A stretch of 64,000 nt of DNA from Chromera velia (Eukaryota): positions 62,001 through 126,000 of the forward strand of contig JAHBMJ010000090.1 of NCBI GenBank assembly GCA_018398765.1. Direction: 5' to 3'. Numbering within the stretch: position 1 is the first letter of the stretch; each line of letters opens with the position of its first letter. A program made the translations under genes and the position numbers. A model generated the notes under the pieces. It made no database searches and was not told where the DNA came from. It saw nothing but the letters and a program-made list of their open reading frames with translations. Shown here in pieces: positions 52,544 through 64,000 of this stretch.

Positions 52544-53304
52544 GCATCTTCCAAGAGAACACGAAAAAGCACGAAAGTCGAAAGTTCGAAAGGGTTTGTT
52601 TGTGGAGGGATTAGAGATAAGAAGAAAATGGCGTGTGAAATACTTCATGACAAAGAGGCAGGGCAAAGGGAGAAGGAAAAAACGGGAAGGGTGTAGAAGG
52701 GGATCAGCCAACGTGCAAACTTATCAGGTGAGTAGGGAATGAATCCGCGTACCGTTTCACCGGCACCGTATCCAGTTGCACAGATGAACCTGACGCCGAA
52801 CAATTTCGAGCAATTGTTTCCTGTTTGTGTATTATGTGTAGGAAAAACTGATGTCCAAGCTAGTCTTGTACATCCACCAACCTGCGAGACATCGATGTCA
52901 AACAATTGTTCCGGATTGGATGCGAGAGCAGCAGCCTCGCTCAGTTCTTTGATCAATCTCCTGTTTGCATACGAGACTCTTCTGGCTGTCACTGGGTCCA
53001 TTCCTGTGTCCTGCACAGAGCAACAAGGGGAAGAAAGCGGGAAACCGAAAGGGAAGAGTTAAGGAAACAGAATGGGTTCGCCGTCACAAGGGAAGAAAAA
53101 AAGCTGCAGAAATGGACAAGCGTATAGGAAAGAGCATTTCAGTAGTGGTGTAACAATCGCAACAACGCAGCTTTTTGAAGATCGAAGTAGAAGTGATTGC
53201 GACTGCAAGTGCTGGTCTAAGTAACATTGAAGTGATTCTCTTGACAGGATTGTAAACTTGAAAGAAAGAAAGAAAGAAAGAAAGAAAGAAGAAAGGAAGG
53301 AAGG

Positions 53305-53372
<68 letters not shown>

Positions 53373-54766
53373 ACCTACGCCCCAGCCCCCAACCCAATAG
53401 ACCGACAGACCTCAGCAGTGAACAGATTCTCCTGCCACCTCAGTTCCTCAATTGCTCTCCTCAAGAGTTCCACCAGTCGTTCCACTGACGAGACAGACGA
53501 CTTGACCTTCAATAGATCATCCACCTCCTCCAACAAATGAGAGATCCGAGTCTTTTGGTGGTTGATCTTTACGTGCAGGCACCGAGTGGAGTACTGCATG
53601 CACGCAGTCAGGGGTTCAGGCAGTAAAAGGAGGGAGAGGGGAATAGAACAATGACAAACTAGGAAAGGGAGGAAATCAGAAATCTCAGCTAATTCCAATA
53701 TTTGATCACACCGCCCATGTTTGACCGACTTCTCTTGAGCTCTGAGTTTTTCATTCAAGCAGGCCGTACAGGCAAGCAGGCAGACTGGCAGATATAGACG
53801 AAGGAAGCAAGAAAGGTAGAAAGAAGGAAGGAGGCAATGGATGAATGTTTCAGGAAGGGATAAAGCCCATCAAAAACGTCAGTCACACCCTCGAATCTCC
53901 CCAGAAGCGCGGGCTACCGACTTCTTTCTCGTTTCGTCATCTGCTCGCACCTGCACCCCGTCAACACTTCTCAATTCATACGAAAAAAAAAAAACAAGGC
54001 ACTGACCTCTTCCTGGGCGAAGGCAATTGTCACAGCGAGGAAGGCCAAACCGGACCCCAGCAGACCGTACAGCGCGACCATCATCAGTTGGTTCTCCAAC
54101 GAGTGCCTGACTATGAAAGCGATCCCAGCAGAGAGCTCCAGCAAAAACGCACAGCTCGTAGAAATGAAGAGCGTCGGTCGTCTGAAGGGTATCACCAGGA
54201 TTAGGCAAACCACAAAGATCGTGTCAAGGGCCACCATGGTCATCTCGGCAAAGAGCACGTCCGTTGCAGATTCGACAGGACTGTAAATCTCCTCCCTCAG
54301 CCAGGACATGGAAAAGACCCACAGCAACATTGAACCGGCGACAACCTTTTCAAAATCTTGAGGTCTTCCAGGATACCATATTGCAATTCCCGCAAGGAAG
54401 AAACAAACGCTGACTGTGATCGTCTTTCGAACAACGTTGACCGAATTTTCGATACTGTAGGTAGAGAGAAACTCGCTCTCAAGAGCGAGGTCGAGAATAT
54501 CCAGAGAGAAGAAGACGGACGCCAGTAGAAGCAGCAACCAGCAACCCCCTTTGTTTACCCTGTCGTGCTACAATAAAGCTTTCCTCCACGATTTCATCCG
54601 TAAAGTACCCAGAACATTTGTGGGTAGGGATACGTGTCAGCTGGGGTGACGAGTTTCTCCTTTGCCCACCGCTAGAGTCAGCCGCTTTCTTCTCCATCGT
54701 ATCCCCCCCCATTCGCTCCAAAATACCCCCCGCCAGCCCCCCCATTGTGTCTTGCCAAAACACCAT
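47965..54766 (-). CDS. Class I 3',5'-cyclic nucleotide phosphodiesterase with ~6 N-terminal TM helices (apicomplexan type); start uncertain
   Basis: Exons ~54766-54007, 53593-53411, 53010-52882, 52416-51685, 51132-51076, 50819-50677, 50447-50345, 49943-49866, 49530-49365, 49140-48957, 48616-47965. Catalytic motifs [76 protein letters not shown]. One apparent frame break near 54550-54570. Confidence 0.9.
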
Positions 54767-55176
54767 CGTGACTGATGACAGCAATTTCAGTGGTTCAGAC
54801 TTTCCCTCTGCATGCTCCCCTGTGTACAGCCCATTGAGGACCTTAGGAGCACGGCTGCCACTGAATTGCAGATTTGGAATGTGTCGGCCCAGGGAAGCTT
54901 TCCACCCGACTCACTCAACTGCTCGGCTATTCCACTCTTGGACCCTTCGATGCGTGTCTCTTCCAGTACATAAGTGTGTGCATATATGTCTGTGCCACAT
55001 ATGCAATGTGTGTCTTCCATCGATCTGAACTTCTACAGCCAGCTATATAGTACTGATTGGATATATATATGCGAATTAATGTCTGACCTATATACATATA
55101 TATATATGCATGCATGCATGCATGCATGGATGAGCGCTCGCGCGCTTAATTGCGCACATGCATGCATGCATGCATG

Positions 55177-56262
55177 CATACATTCTTTAGTGTCAATTCT
55201 TTAGTATCTCGATCTCTGGTCCTGTGTCGGGCCAGTATGCATCTTGCCTAGGCATAGATCTTATCTGTCTGTTACGCGGTCATTCTGCTGCCAGCGCAAT
55301 GATAGCCTTGCCCCCCCCCTGGACTAAGCCATCGATCCTAGTTTATGCCTTTCATAGCAAACAAAAATTAACACCTTTCATTCTCCGTCTGTTCGCGTGG
55401 TCACCTCTATTTATCTGTGGATGGCGTAGTAGTCTTCTTTCCCCTTCCCGGCTTCTTCTTCAGTGATGCCCATATCCAAATAAAAAAATTTGTTTCTCCT
55501 CAACAATGATAAAACCCTCAATCATCACGTTTCTCCTCAACATTCCTTTGTTAAACTTTTTTCTTCACATCAATTCTCTTTCTCTTACACGTTTGACGGC
55601 TTTCGACTTCTTATTTATGTTTCTTCAATCTGATGTTATAAGGCTCTTCTTCTCTTTTTTGTCTTTTACATGCCTCACCCATAAAAATAATCATTTTTTT
55701 TCCTTCATTTCCCTAGTCATTTCCCCTGCCAGCGCCCTGCTGGCTCTCCTCCTTTCTTTACTCTTTTTTCTCTGCAAGGCCCACATAGGCGGAAAACTCC
55801 CTCCCAAGCAGCATCTCAGTAACCTGTGTATCGCGTCTGCCACGGCTTGCCTGAACAAATACCAAGATTGTTGACGCTGCTGCTTTCTAAACTGCTACTG
55901 ACAATGTTTTCCACCATCTGTCTGCAATTTTCTGATGTGCAGACGCATCGTTCATCTCCCCCAACCTTTCTGTTGCCTGTCTCACCATCTTTTTCACAAA
56001 TCTCACCGTCTCTCCTCCAGGCCTTCCGTAGGTCTCAAAAACCAGAGGGATAAAATGAATACCCATGGCTCTGCAGGCATCATCGTAGTAGGTGTGTTTC
56101 TTCCCCTCCTTCTCTTTTGCTGCGGCCCCTGCTTTCTTTGAATTTCTGTGCAGGCGGGTCGTATCCTGGATCGGGTGGATCAGAGCCACATCTCCCAAAA
56201 CCGAGTCCCCGTTTCGCAAGGTTGCGAACCCACCGCTCTTTCACCTCATCCTCCCATATTGT
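55177..56262 (-). mobile_element. 5'-truncated CRE-like (restriction-like endonuclease) non-LTR retrotransposon with ~50-bp TSD
   Basis: GDVALIHP...AAAKEKEGKKHTYYDDAC..GIHFIPLVFETYGRPG (C-terminal RLE motif pattern). Flanked by ATGGATGAGCGCTCGCGC(GC)TTAATTGCGCACATGCATGCATGCATGCATG at 55126-55176 and 56263-56311. Confidence 0.85.
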
Positions 56263-56736
56263 ATGGATGAGCGCTCGCGCTTAATTGCGCACATGCATGC
56301 ATGCATGCATGGTTGCATGCCGGAACCGGTTGGGGACATACACTTCATAAACCGCGTGAATTTTCATTTACGGAACGCGTCTGCATGACCTTTGCGGCAT
56401 GCATTACTCCAATCCGTCAGAACGGACACTGTTTGAGCACCTGGTAGTGTCCCAGTGCCGCCGAGATCAAAAATTGGCATGCAGTTGACGTGATGACGTC
56501 ATATTGAAGCACGCTAGGGGGGGGGCTGGGTCCGAGCTGGAGAGCACATGGCGAAGTAGAAAGTCAAAGTAAGAGATCATGGCACGGTGTTGCGTAAGGA
56601 CATTTATTTATATGCATTGCCGAAGTCCGTGGTGGTTTGTATCCTGCGGAGGAACCTCAAAATCTCCTCTGTGAAATAGTCAATGTGAGTGTATGCTGAG
56701 TAGAGAGACAGACCACGACGTCAAGAAATCCTGAAG

Positions 56737-58120
56737 ATGGAACCCTCGTCGCCTCATTCCCAGCCAAAGGCCTCTACAATCATCCAACAACAATAACTAC
56801 AGGGATGCGGGAGCAGACTTCTCCCTTATAGTGCATTCAGCGAGTCAAGGGGGCGACCCCAAGACTATGTTCCTCTGGAGCACAGAGCGTCATGCTCATA
56901 CATTTTAGCCACGTGCAATGTGAGCCCTTGGCGGTACTCTGTGTTCCTGGTGGTCTGTCTAATGTGGGTATTTTTGGTTGCTTTGGAGATTTGGATAGCA
57001 ATCTCTTACGACGAAACTCCAGATGAATTTGTGCACAACGAGCTGCCTCTGCAAGTAGCTTTGACAGTTTATCACGTCGCCTTGGGTCTGCTTTTTTGCC
57101 TTTTTCTGTTGCCGTTTCTCGCTCCCACATCGTTTATATACATGTGGATGCATCGGCTTTTCATCTTTGCCGGATTGATTCTCTCTGCTTCCTCTGTCGG
57201 CTTCAGTCCTGAGGTGCTCCTCCCTGGGGTTGTGGCGATTTGGATTGCATTTGCAGAGATTAACCTGAGCACTTTCCCCCGCCGACCTGTAGCACGGATT
57301 CTATTTACCAGCGTCGTGAAGTTGCTTTCCTTCTGCGACCTTGCCCTAAACTTTCTGCTGGGATTCATCCTCATCGCAGATCCCGATGAAACTCGGCAAT
57401 CATACGGCTGGGCCATACTTGCCATAACGTTTACACTCCTTCTGATGCCCACTATAGTGATTCTAGAGAACGACGAGCTCCATAGGGATCAGAGGGTGGA
57501 GACCCACCATGCCATGCTTTTGGGCGAGCCTATCATTCTGATTCTTGAGTGTCTTATTTTTCCCTTCACAGAGGCGACCCCAGTTGAAACCACCATTGCG
57601 ATTGGATCTATTCTCGGCAACACCACAGCTTTCATAATTGGAGTCCTTGAGTTGACCAGAGTGATCAACTTGGATGATTGGGGTAGGAAAGCGCGTGCAA
57701 TGCTTTCCCGCTCCCCCTGCTTGGTTTGTTGCCGCGAGTCTGCACAGAGTCTTGTCATAAGACGTTCTCTCTCTCGTGTCAGAACAAGGCCCAGAACGCT
57801 TCCGGGCTGTGACTCATTTTCCCCCCAAGCGCTAGAGCTAGCCCCGAGCGAAAACATATGCCAGAGAGGCTGTGGAGGCTTCAAATCAATTGAAAGTCTC
57901 ACAGTCTCCAGACGAAGACCCAGAGCACAATACAGGAATCACGCCAAAGGACGACAAGGAATGGAAAAGGGTGGGAGAGGTACTCGAAGAAGGCGGAGAA
58001 GACAGTGCAGAGGACAAAGAAGAGAACGTTAGTATTTTTCCCAACGAGGCCATCGAACGCCCTCCACTGCCATCATCTGAATTTCGTCCGCCCTCTTTTT
58101 TTCAAACAGCGAGGAAGTGA
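56737..58120 (+). pseudogene. Intronless ~7-TM membrane protein gene with early nonsense codon and probable C-terminal frameshift
   Basis: ATG 56737 (MEPSSPHSQPKASTIIQQQ), TAA at 56794 ending a CAA run, then an open frame with ~7 hydrophobic segments. The acidic tail continues in frame +2 to TGA 58120. Confidence 0.6.
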
Positions 58121-58976
58121 ACGTACTTAGCAGTCTGAGACTTAAAGTTTTTGATCAATTCTAATCATGCACCACGTGTTGCAGACACTTCAGCAGATTC
58201 TCAATCGCATCAACTGGCTTTTTTAGAAGATGATACTGACCATGCGGAAATTTATTAAAGGCCCAGCGAGAACCGATCCTCTAGCTCGAACGACCAATTT
58301 CAAAGATTCGATCAGTTGCCAAATCGTCATTAAATAATACAATAAAAATCTGATACATCTCTAATTGGCTGCTAGGAGCACGGCTCCACTCTAGCAAAGC
58401 CAACTTCATTCATTCATTCAATTGTTGCTTCATTTAAAACCTAGTTTAAAACCCTAACTGAATGCCGGACTCAGTGGATTGCTTGCATGATCTTGCATGC
58501 CAGTGCTTGACAGGGTGTCACTGAGTGATTGATTGAACTGACAACAATTTGAAACATTGTTTTTTTTAAGCATACAAACTTAAAATAGAAAGTTTCAAAG
58601 ATAATCAAAGTATAGGTTATACAGACGTATACTAGCTATGCTATCATCGAGCTCAAGATTACAGAGCCCTTTAGCTTGGACAACATACTCATGTATAGAA
58701 AGTCTGTCTGCCTAAAGGTCTGAACTGAAACCTCCTGATATCGATTTATTGATCTCAATCACCGCGAAGATGAAACTGAAATAAAATGTATGTAGAAATA
58801 CAATATGCATGGAAACGCATGCACGGCAGCATGGCGGCACGGGCCGATGGCAGCGTTACTCGCAGTTGTGGCAACAGACCCACATGGCTCTACTTCCCCC
58901 CTGGGGAAGGTAAGCAGTATGTCAACAGGGTTGTCTGAACTCATCAAGATCAGTCGCATACTCCAACCAACTGAGC

Positions 58977-59422
58977 TTATTCAAAGTCTGCTGACCATGT
59001 GTCATCAAATTTCTTGAACTTTGTTAGTCTATCTGCCAACTGTTAAGTCTTTCCATCGTAGTGACGAAGCTTTACGTCCATTCTTTTCACTTCCTGCACA
59101 CACCAGGCCAAAATCCTGGACAGTCCCTCTTCCTTCTTTGCTACCCCCATTTCCATTTGACTGAGGCTTGTTGCGCTATCTGAAAACAAAACAACCTCAA
59201 GTGAGGGAAAAAGGAAATGAAGAGTGCGAAGCATCAAGGCCTGTGACACACACACACACACATACACACAGATAGACACATACACACACAAGGCCTCAGA
59301 TGTATATCTTCTTGTTTTTTTTCCTTTTTTACCGTTTTTTATGTTTCATTCACCTCCCTCATATAGCTTTACACGCGTACACGTATGTACTTATGTAGGC
59401 AAACACACACACCATACATACA

Positions 59423-59454
<32 letters not shown>

Positions 59455-59578
59455 GACAGACAGACAGACAGACAGATAGACAGAGTGTGTGGTGGTGGTG
59501 GGGGAAGGAGAAGAACATGGGCCGGAAAAGAGCAGGCAGAGAAGCGCTGGAACGGAAGGGGACCGAGAGAGGGAGAGC

Positions 59579-59636
<58 letters not shown>

Positions 59637-59642
59637 ACATAC

Positions 59643-59678
<36 letters not shown>

Positions 59679-59890
59679 ACATATACACATTCACATACAC
59701 ACACAGACATACACACACACACATAGACATGCACACACACACATACATATAAACACACAAACATACAAACACACGTTCACGAAGACATGCTAGTCACTAG
59801 AAGCAGAACCTCATGTTGGCATTACTTTTGTTATTCTCTCTCTCTCTCTCTCATACACACAAACGTATAAACACACATACATAGACACAC

Positions 59891-59925
<35 letters not shown>

Positions 59926-60082
59926 TACATACACACACACCTGTATGCATGAATTATGTCCTGATTGGAATATAAGGGCATGCAGGCTCATTGTTTCAAA
60001 CACACAAGCAGCAAGAGCTAGTGCCGAAATAAAAAAGCTTTCCAGCATGCACGGATCCCCCTTCTCACACATTTACATACAT

Positions 60083-60127
<45 letters not shown>

Positions 60128-60499
60128 TACATACATACATCTACACCTACACCTATACACCTATATACATATATGTACACATACTAAGGTACACGCCTGC
60201 AGAGATACAGAAAGACTCAAAACGGAAAGGAATGGAAAACGCTGAAAAGAAACAGAGCTTTGAGAGCCTGGCAGACCAAAAACAAGCCGCTGACGCAAAT
60301 GCCGCAAGATGGACCCAATTTCTACATGGGTACTCAGAGATGGTGTTTTCCTCAGGTGAATTTACCTAAACGCACATTCAAAGGACATACACATGGAAAA
60401 GAGTCAAAGACAACAGCAAGAACAGAGAGAGAAAAAAAAAAAGAAAATTCAAAAGGTTTCAAAACAATCTGGAAACCAGTTCCTGAGGATTTGTCTCCT

Positions 60500-60530
<31 letters not shown>

Positions 60531-63500
60531 ACACACACATACACATATACATACAGACATACACACATACGTGCACGCACACATCCTCACACACACATAC
60601 AGAAAACCCGGATGGGAGGTGGATGGGGGAGAACAGTGAGGAGTTGGAACATGAAAAGTAGATTGGCTTGCGTCCTGAAGGGTACCGGTGGCGGCTGCAC
60701 TGCTTTTTTAGCCTTATTCCACTCTTTGTCCTGCCTCAAATTTCTGGAAGTGCTGTGACCCCCCCTTCTCGTTGTTACCGGAAAAAACAGGTCTGATTCT
60801 TCCGGTAAGGGGGGGGGTTTACCGATTTTTTTTGTCGAAAAAAAATTAAAAGTGGTTATTTTGACATTAGTAATCGATTGGGACCACTTCTTTTTTTTTC
60901 CGATAAAAAAAATCGGTGAACCCCCCCCCTTATCGGAAGAATCAGACCTATTTTTTCTAGTAACTCTCAGGGGGGGGGTCACGGCACTACCGGAAATTTA
61001 GGGCTGGAAAGAGAGTGGAATGAAGCCAAAAGAGCAGTGCAGCCACCACCGGTACCCTTCAGGAGGCAAGCCAATCTACTTTTTATGTCCTAACTCCTCA
61101 CTGTTCTCCTTCACCAGCCTTCCACCAGATTCTTTGTTCCTTTGCCACCCACCCCGGCCCACTAAGTCTTATGACGCTGTCGGCCCCGGCTCCGGCCTTG
61201 GGCCCCACCCTGTCCCCTTGTGGTACGCCGCCAGCCCCGGCCCCGACCCCGGCTTCCTTTGCCAGTCGCAGATATTTACTGGACCCAAACGTTTCACCGC
61301 TCACTCCAGCTGGCCCCGCCTTGTTTGCTCAGAGTTTTCTGTGACGCCGCTGGCCCCGGGCCCAACCTTCGGGTCCAGCCGCCACCCCTGCCCGCATCCT
61401 TTCCCCGGCCTCCGTCGATGAACGTCGCCCCGGACCAGCGCTCCGGCCTGCTTACCCCCTTAATCCGCCCGCTCCTCCTCATTCCTTCGTCCCACTTTTT
61501 GCTTCGCAGGCATCCAGACGTTGGGGCTAGCGTTGGGGCCGGGGAAAGCTGGGGCGGGTGCCAGGATAGGGGCCAAGTCGTCTCAAGCACAGAGAAAAGA
61601 TTCAAACACAGACAGGCATGCAGTGAAAGGGAGACAAACAGGGAGCGGGGGGAGCCAACCCCCTCTCTCCTCCTATTGGCTCTCCCTAGGTTACTATACT
61701 CACTCTTCTCTCTTTCTGAATCATGCCTCCTTGATACCCTTGACTGTTTTTGATTGGCAGGCATGGGTGCAAAGCGATGCGACTGACACAGACCGAATGA
61801 AAACAAACTACAACAACTGACCCAGAGAGACAGCTATCGCATAGGTCTTCAAGCGCCGTTCCTGATCGAGTGCCCTTAAAATCAACGGAACCTGCATTCA
61901 ATCGCATCCCCAAGAGACAACAAAGCCTAGAACAAAGCCAACGATGGTTCAAAGCAAACATTTGCTCGACAGTACATTATGCGCTGACCCACACAGAAAG
62001 ACGGAAATGAACACTCACCAGAAAAAGGGTGAAAGCAATCCCAGCTCCTCAGCAAAGGCAAAAAGGAATCCCAGATCCTGCATGCAGTCACAGAGCAAGA
62101 AAAGAATGAAGTTCCAGACGAGGGTCAGAGGTGCATCATGCTCCGACATGATGGAATGGCTTGTAAGCTTTGAGGAAGACAAACGGATGAACCCACCAAA
62201 AAGCACGCGGAGGCCCCTCTGACTCCCTCAAACAGCCTAGTGAGAGTCCCAAATCCTGCCTGCAGATACATACCAAGAAGATAAGGAAGTATGGGAGTTT
62301 GGACAAAAGTGGGCAAGCGCCTGATATGATGTAACGAGGGTCATGGCTAGCTCACGTCTGAGAGGAGACGGAATCTCAAACTCACCAGAAAGAAGACAAA
62401 GACAGCCGCAGTTCCCCCAGCAAAGCAAACAAAAGCTCGAAAGCTTGCATTGGGGCAAGCAGCAGAACAAGACATCGACCCAAGATTGGGAGCAAAACGA
62501 CCCTCTCCAATTTTACCCACCTCATCTACTTGACAGAACGAGATGGGGAAATAAACCCATGCCTAAAAGAAAAGAGACGGCTGAGGTTCCACCCAAAGTC
62601 TGCTCCTTATGCAAAGCGTAGAACAGCCCTGACTTCGATAAAGTGCGACTTGATCTGAGAATATTAGGAAACATGAGCGGTGAACAGTAAACACTTCATA
62701 GACAGTGTGAAGAGAAATATACAGTGTGACTAGCTTATTAAAACCTTTGTCAAATCAGAGCTCATGCATGCTGCATTAATTCTACTGCGTACGTGCATTA
62801 AAATCGGATTCCGATCCGATTTTAAATCCCCTAGCTTGAAAGCTTTACGAGCTGCAGTGCGTACGGCCGCTGCGGACTATTAATTATTTGGGGGGGCGCG
62901 CGGACGCAGGCTTACACTCGGTCATGCACCATCATACGTGCAGGTGCAATACTTTTTCTATAGCACTCGCTAACTATGATTCATGAACGTAAAAATGCAC
63001 TTGTAAAATGTTTAAAACTCTTTGTTTCTACTTTTTAACCACTGTTTACTGCCCAAACATGCTTGCGGGATAGGGTTGTTTTGGAGACCGTTTTGGTGTT
63101 AGAGACCGTTTTGAAAAATTTTCCCTTAGGGAAGACGTTTCAATCCCATTCGGATTGCAAGGAGCTCAACTTCAGGTGCAGACAATACCTTTCTCTTCTC
63201 CTTGTGAGTCGCCCAGTCAAGGATATTCAACCAACAAATCAAAGACCATGAGGCATCAACAAGCTGAAAAAGAAAAGCAGACCAAGAGGAACAGGTGGAT
63301 GCATCAAATGCTGCATCTACAAACAAACGTAGTTGTACAAAACGAAAACAAATGCGCACAAACCTGAGCCTCTTTCTCTTTGCTGCAACTAAATGCAAGA
63401 CAGTGATCACTGCAGCAAGATGCCTGACTGTGGGTGTATTGGAGAACTGTGCAAGTGTGGAGACAGCAAAAGCAATGTTGAATCATGAACGAGAGACCCA

Positions 63501-64000
63501 CATGGCTTTCCCTAGCCACTTTCTTATCTCACCCTCAACGCGGATGTCGATCTTGCCTGGAGAAGGAGGCAAAAAGTCTGATTCCACCAACACCCCACTT
63601 CTTTTCCCGAGAGGCAAAGCCTTCAGAGTCAAGTACCCCTCCATCGATTGGCAGATTGCTTCATCTGTCCTGAACACATCAAAACCAACCAGCTTAACAC
63701 TCTTGAATGAAAGCAAAGTCGCGTCGTCTATTGATACGGATCCTGTCTGTACAATCTATTTCAAGGTTGAAAGAGGACAAGGGGATGCACAAGTCAAATC
63801 ATCGACGTGATGAGACAGCATTGCCTTCACGTCAAGAGTCTGCACCTCAGTGATGGATGAATCATCTGCTCTGGCTAACTGAGGAACAGTCACCCCCTTA
63901 TTTATCTTTATATGGGTACTTTCCATGATCTCTCTCCATCTAATTCTGAAAAGAACTTGACGCAAAAAGAGACCAAAGATTCGTGGTGCATCTTTCAAGC
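58977..64000 (-). mobile_element. pol: Ty1/copia retrotransposon pol (RT and RNase H), degenerate, split by an insertion at 59240-63127; continues off the right edge
   Basis: LKDAPRIF, HHVDDL, NIAFAVSTLAQFSNTP (RT). LFVDAAF, WATHKEKRKVLSAPEVELLA, then after the insertion VLFSDS...WCVQEV...*QLADRLTK (RNase H). PPT-like AGGGGGGAAG on the minus strand at 58902-58893. Confidence 0.9.
60628..61109. mobile_element. Foldback / palindromic MITE-like element (~230-bp arms, short spacer)
   Basis: GGAGAACAGTGAGGAGTTGGAACATGAAAAGTAGATTGGCTTG... at left and its near reverse complement ending ...AACTCCTCACTGTTCTCC at 61109; arms pair in to ~60856/60883. No clear TSD. Confidence 0.85.

Overview
Eukaryotic, intron-rich genomic DNA from a draft assembly (n bases at 17268 and 39415-39416). 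Introns are full of (CA)n/(GA)n microsatellites and have GT...AG ends. An apicomplexan-type CDPK7, a multi-TM phosphodiesterase and a protein with a bipartite plastid-targeting leader point to a chromerid/apicomplexan-related alveolate (Chromera-like; inference). Host genes: CDPK7-like kinase 5' half (minus, runs off the left edge); an intronless putative plastid-targeted orphan (4073-5155); a 12-exon ankyrin-repeat protein with a possible F-box-like N-terminus and a tail anchor (10903-19628); a stand-alone DUF4392/D-glutamate-cyclase C-terminal-domain gene (20248-24396); a 6-TM class I cyclic-nucleotide PDE (47965-~54766); and a disrupted multi-TM gene (56737-58120). Between them lie AT-rich mobile-element graveyards: a five-level nest of TIR elements and an LTR-like insert (5.4-9.1 kb), a Tc1/mariner-like element, a gag-only Ty3/gypsy-type LTR element whose LTRs carry a tRNA-Val(AAC)-derived cassette, MITEs, LINE and CRE-type fragments with very long target-site duplications, and a Ty1/copia pol split by a 3.9-kb insertion. 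A ~13-kb unexplained island (34-46.7 kb) holds a T5orf172/GIY-YIG nuclease-chromodomain fusion pseudogene, an intact 850-aa zinc-finger-like ORF and three related 33-34-bp tandem arrays. Repeats throughout show a strong C>T/G>A bias including CpA>TpA, resembling RIP. All family assignments come from motif recognition by eye; no searches were run.
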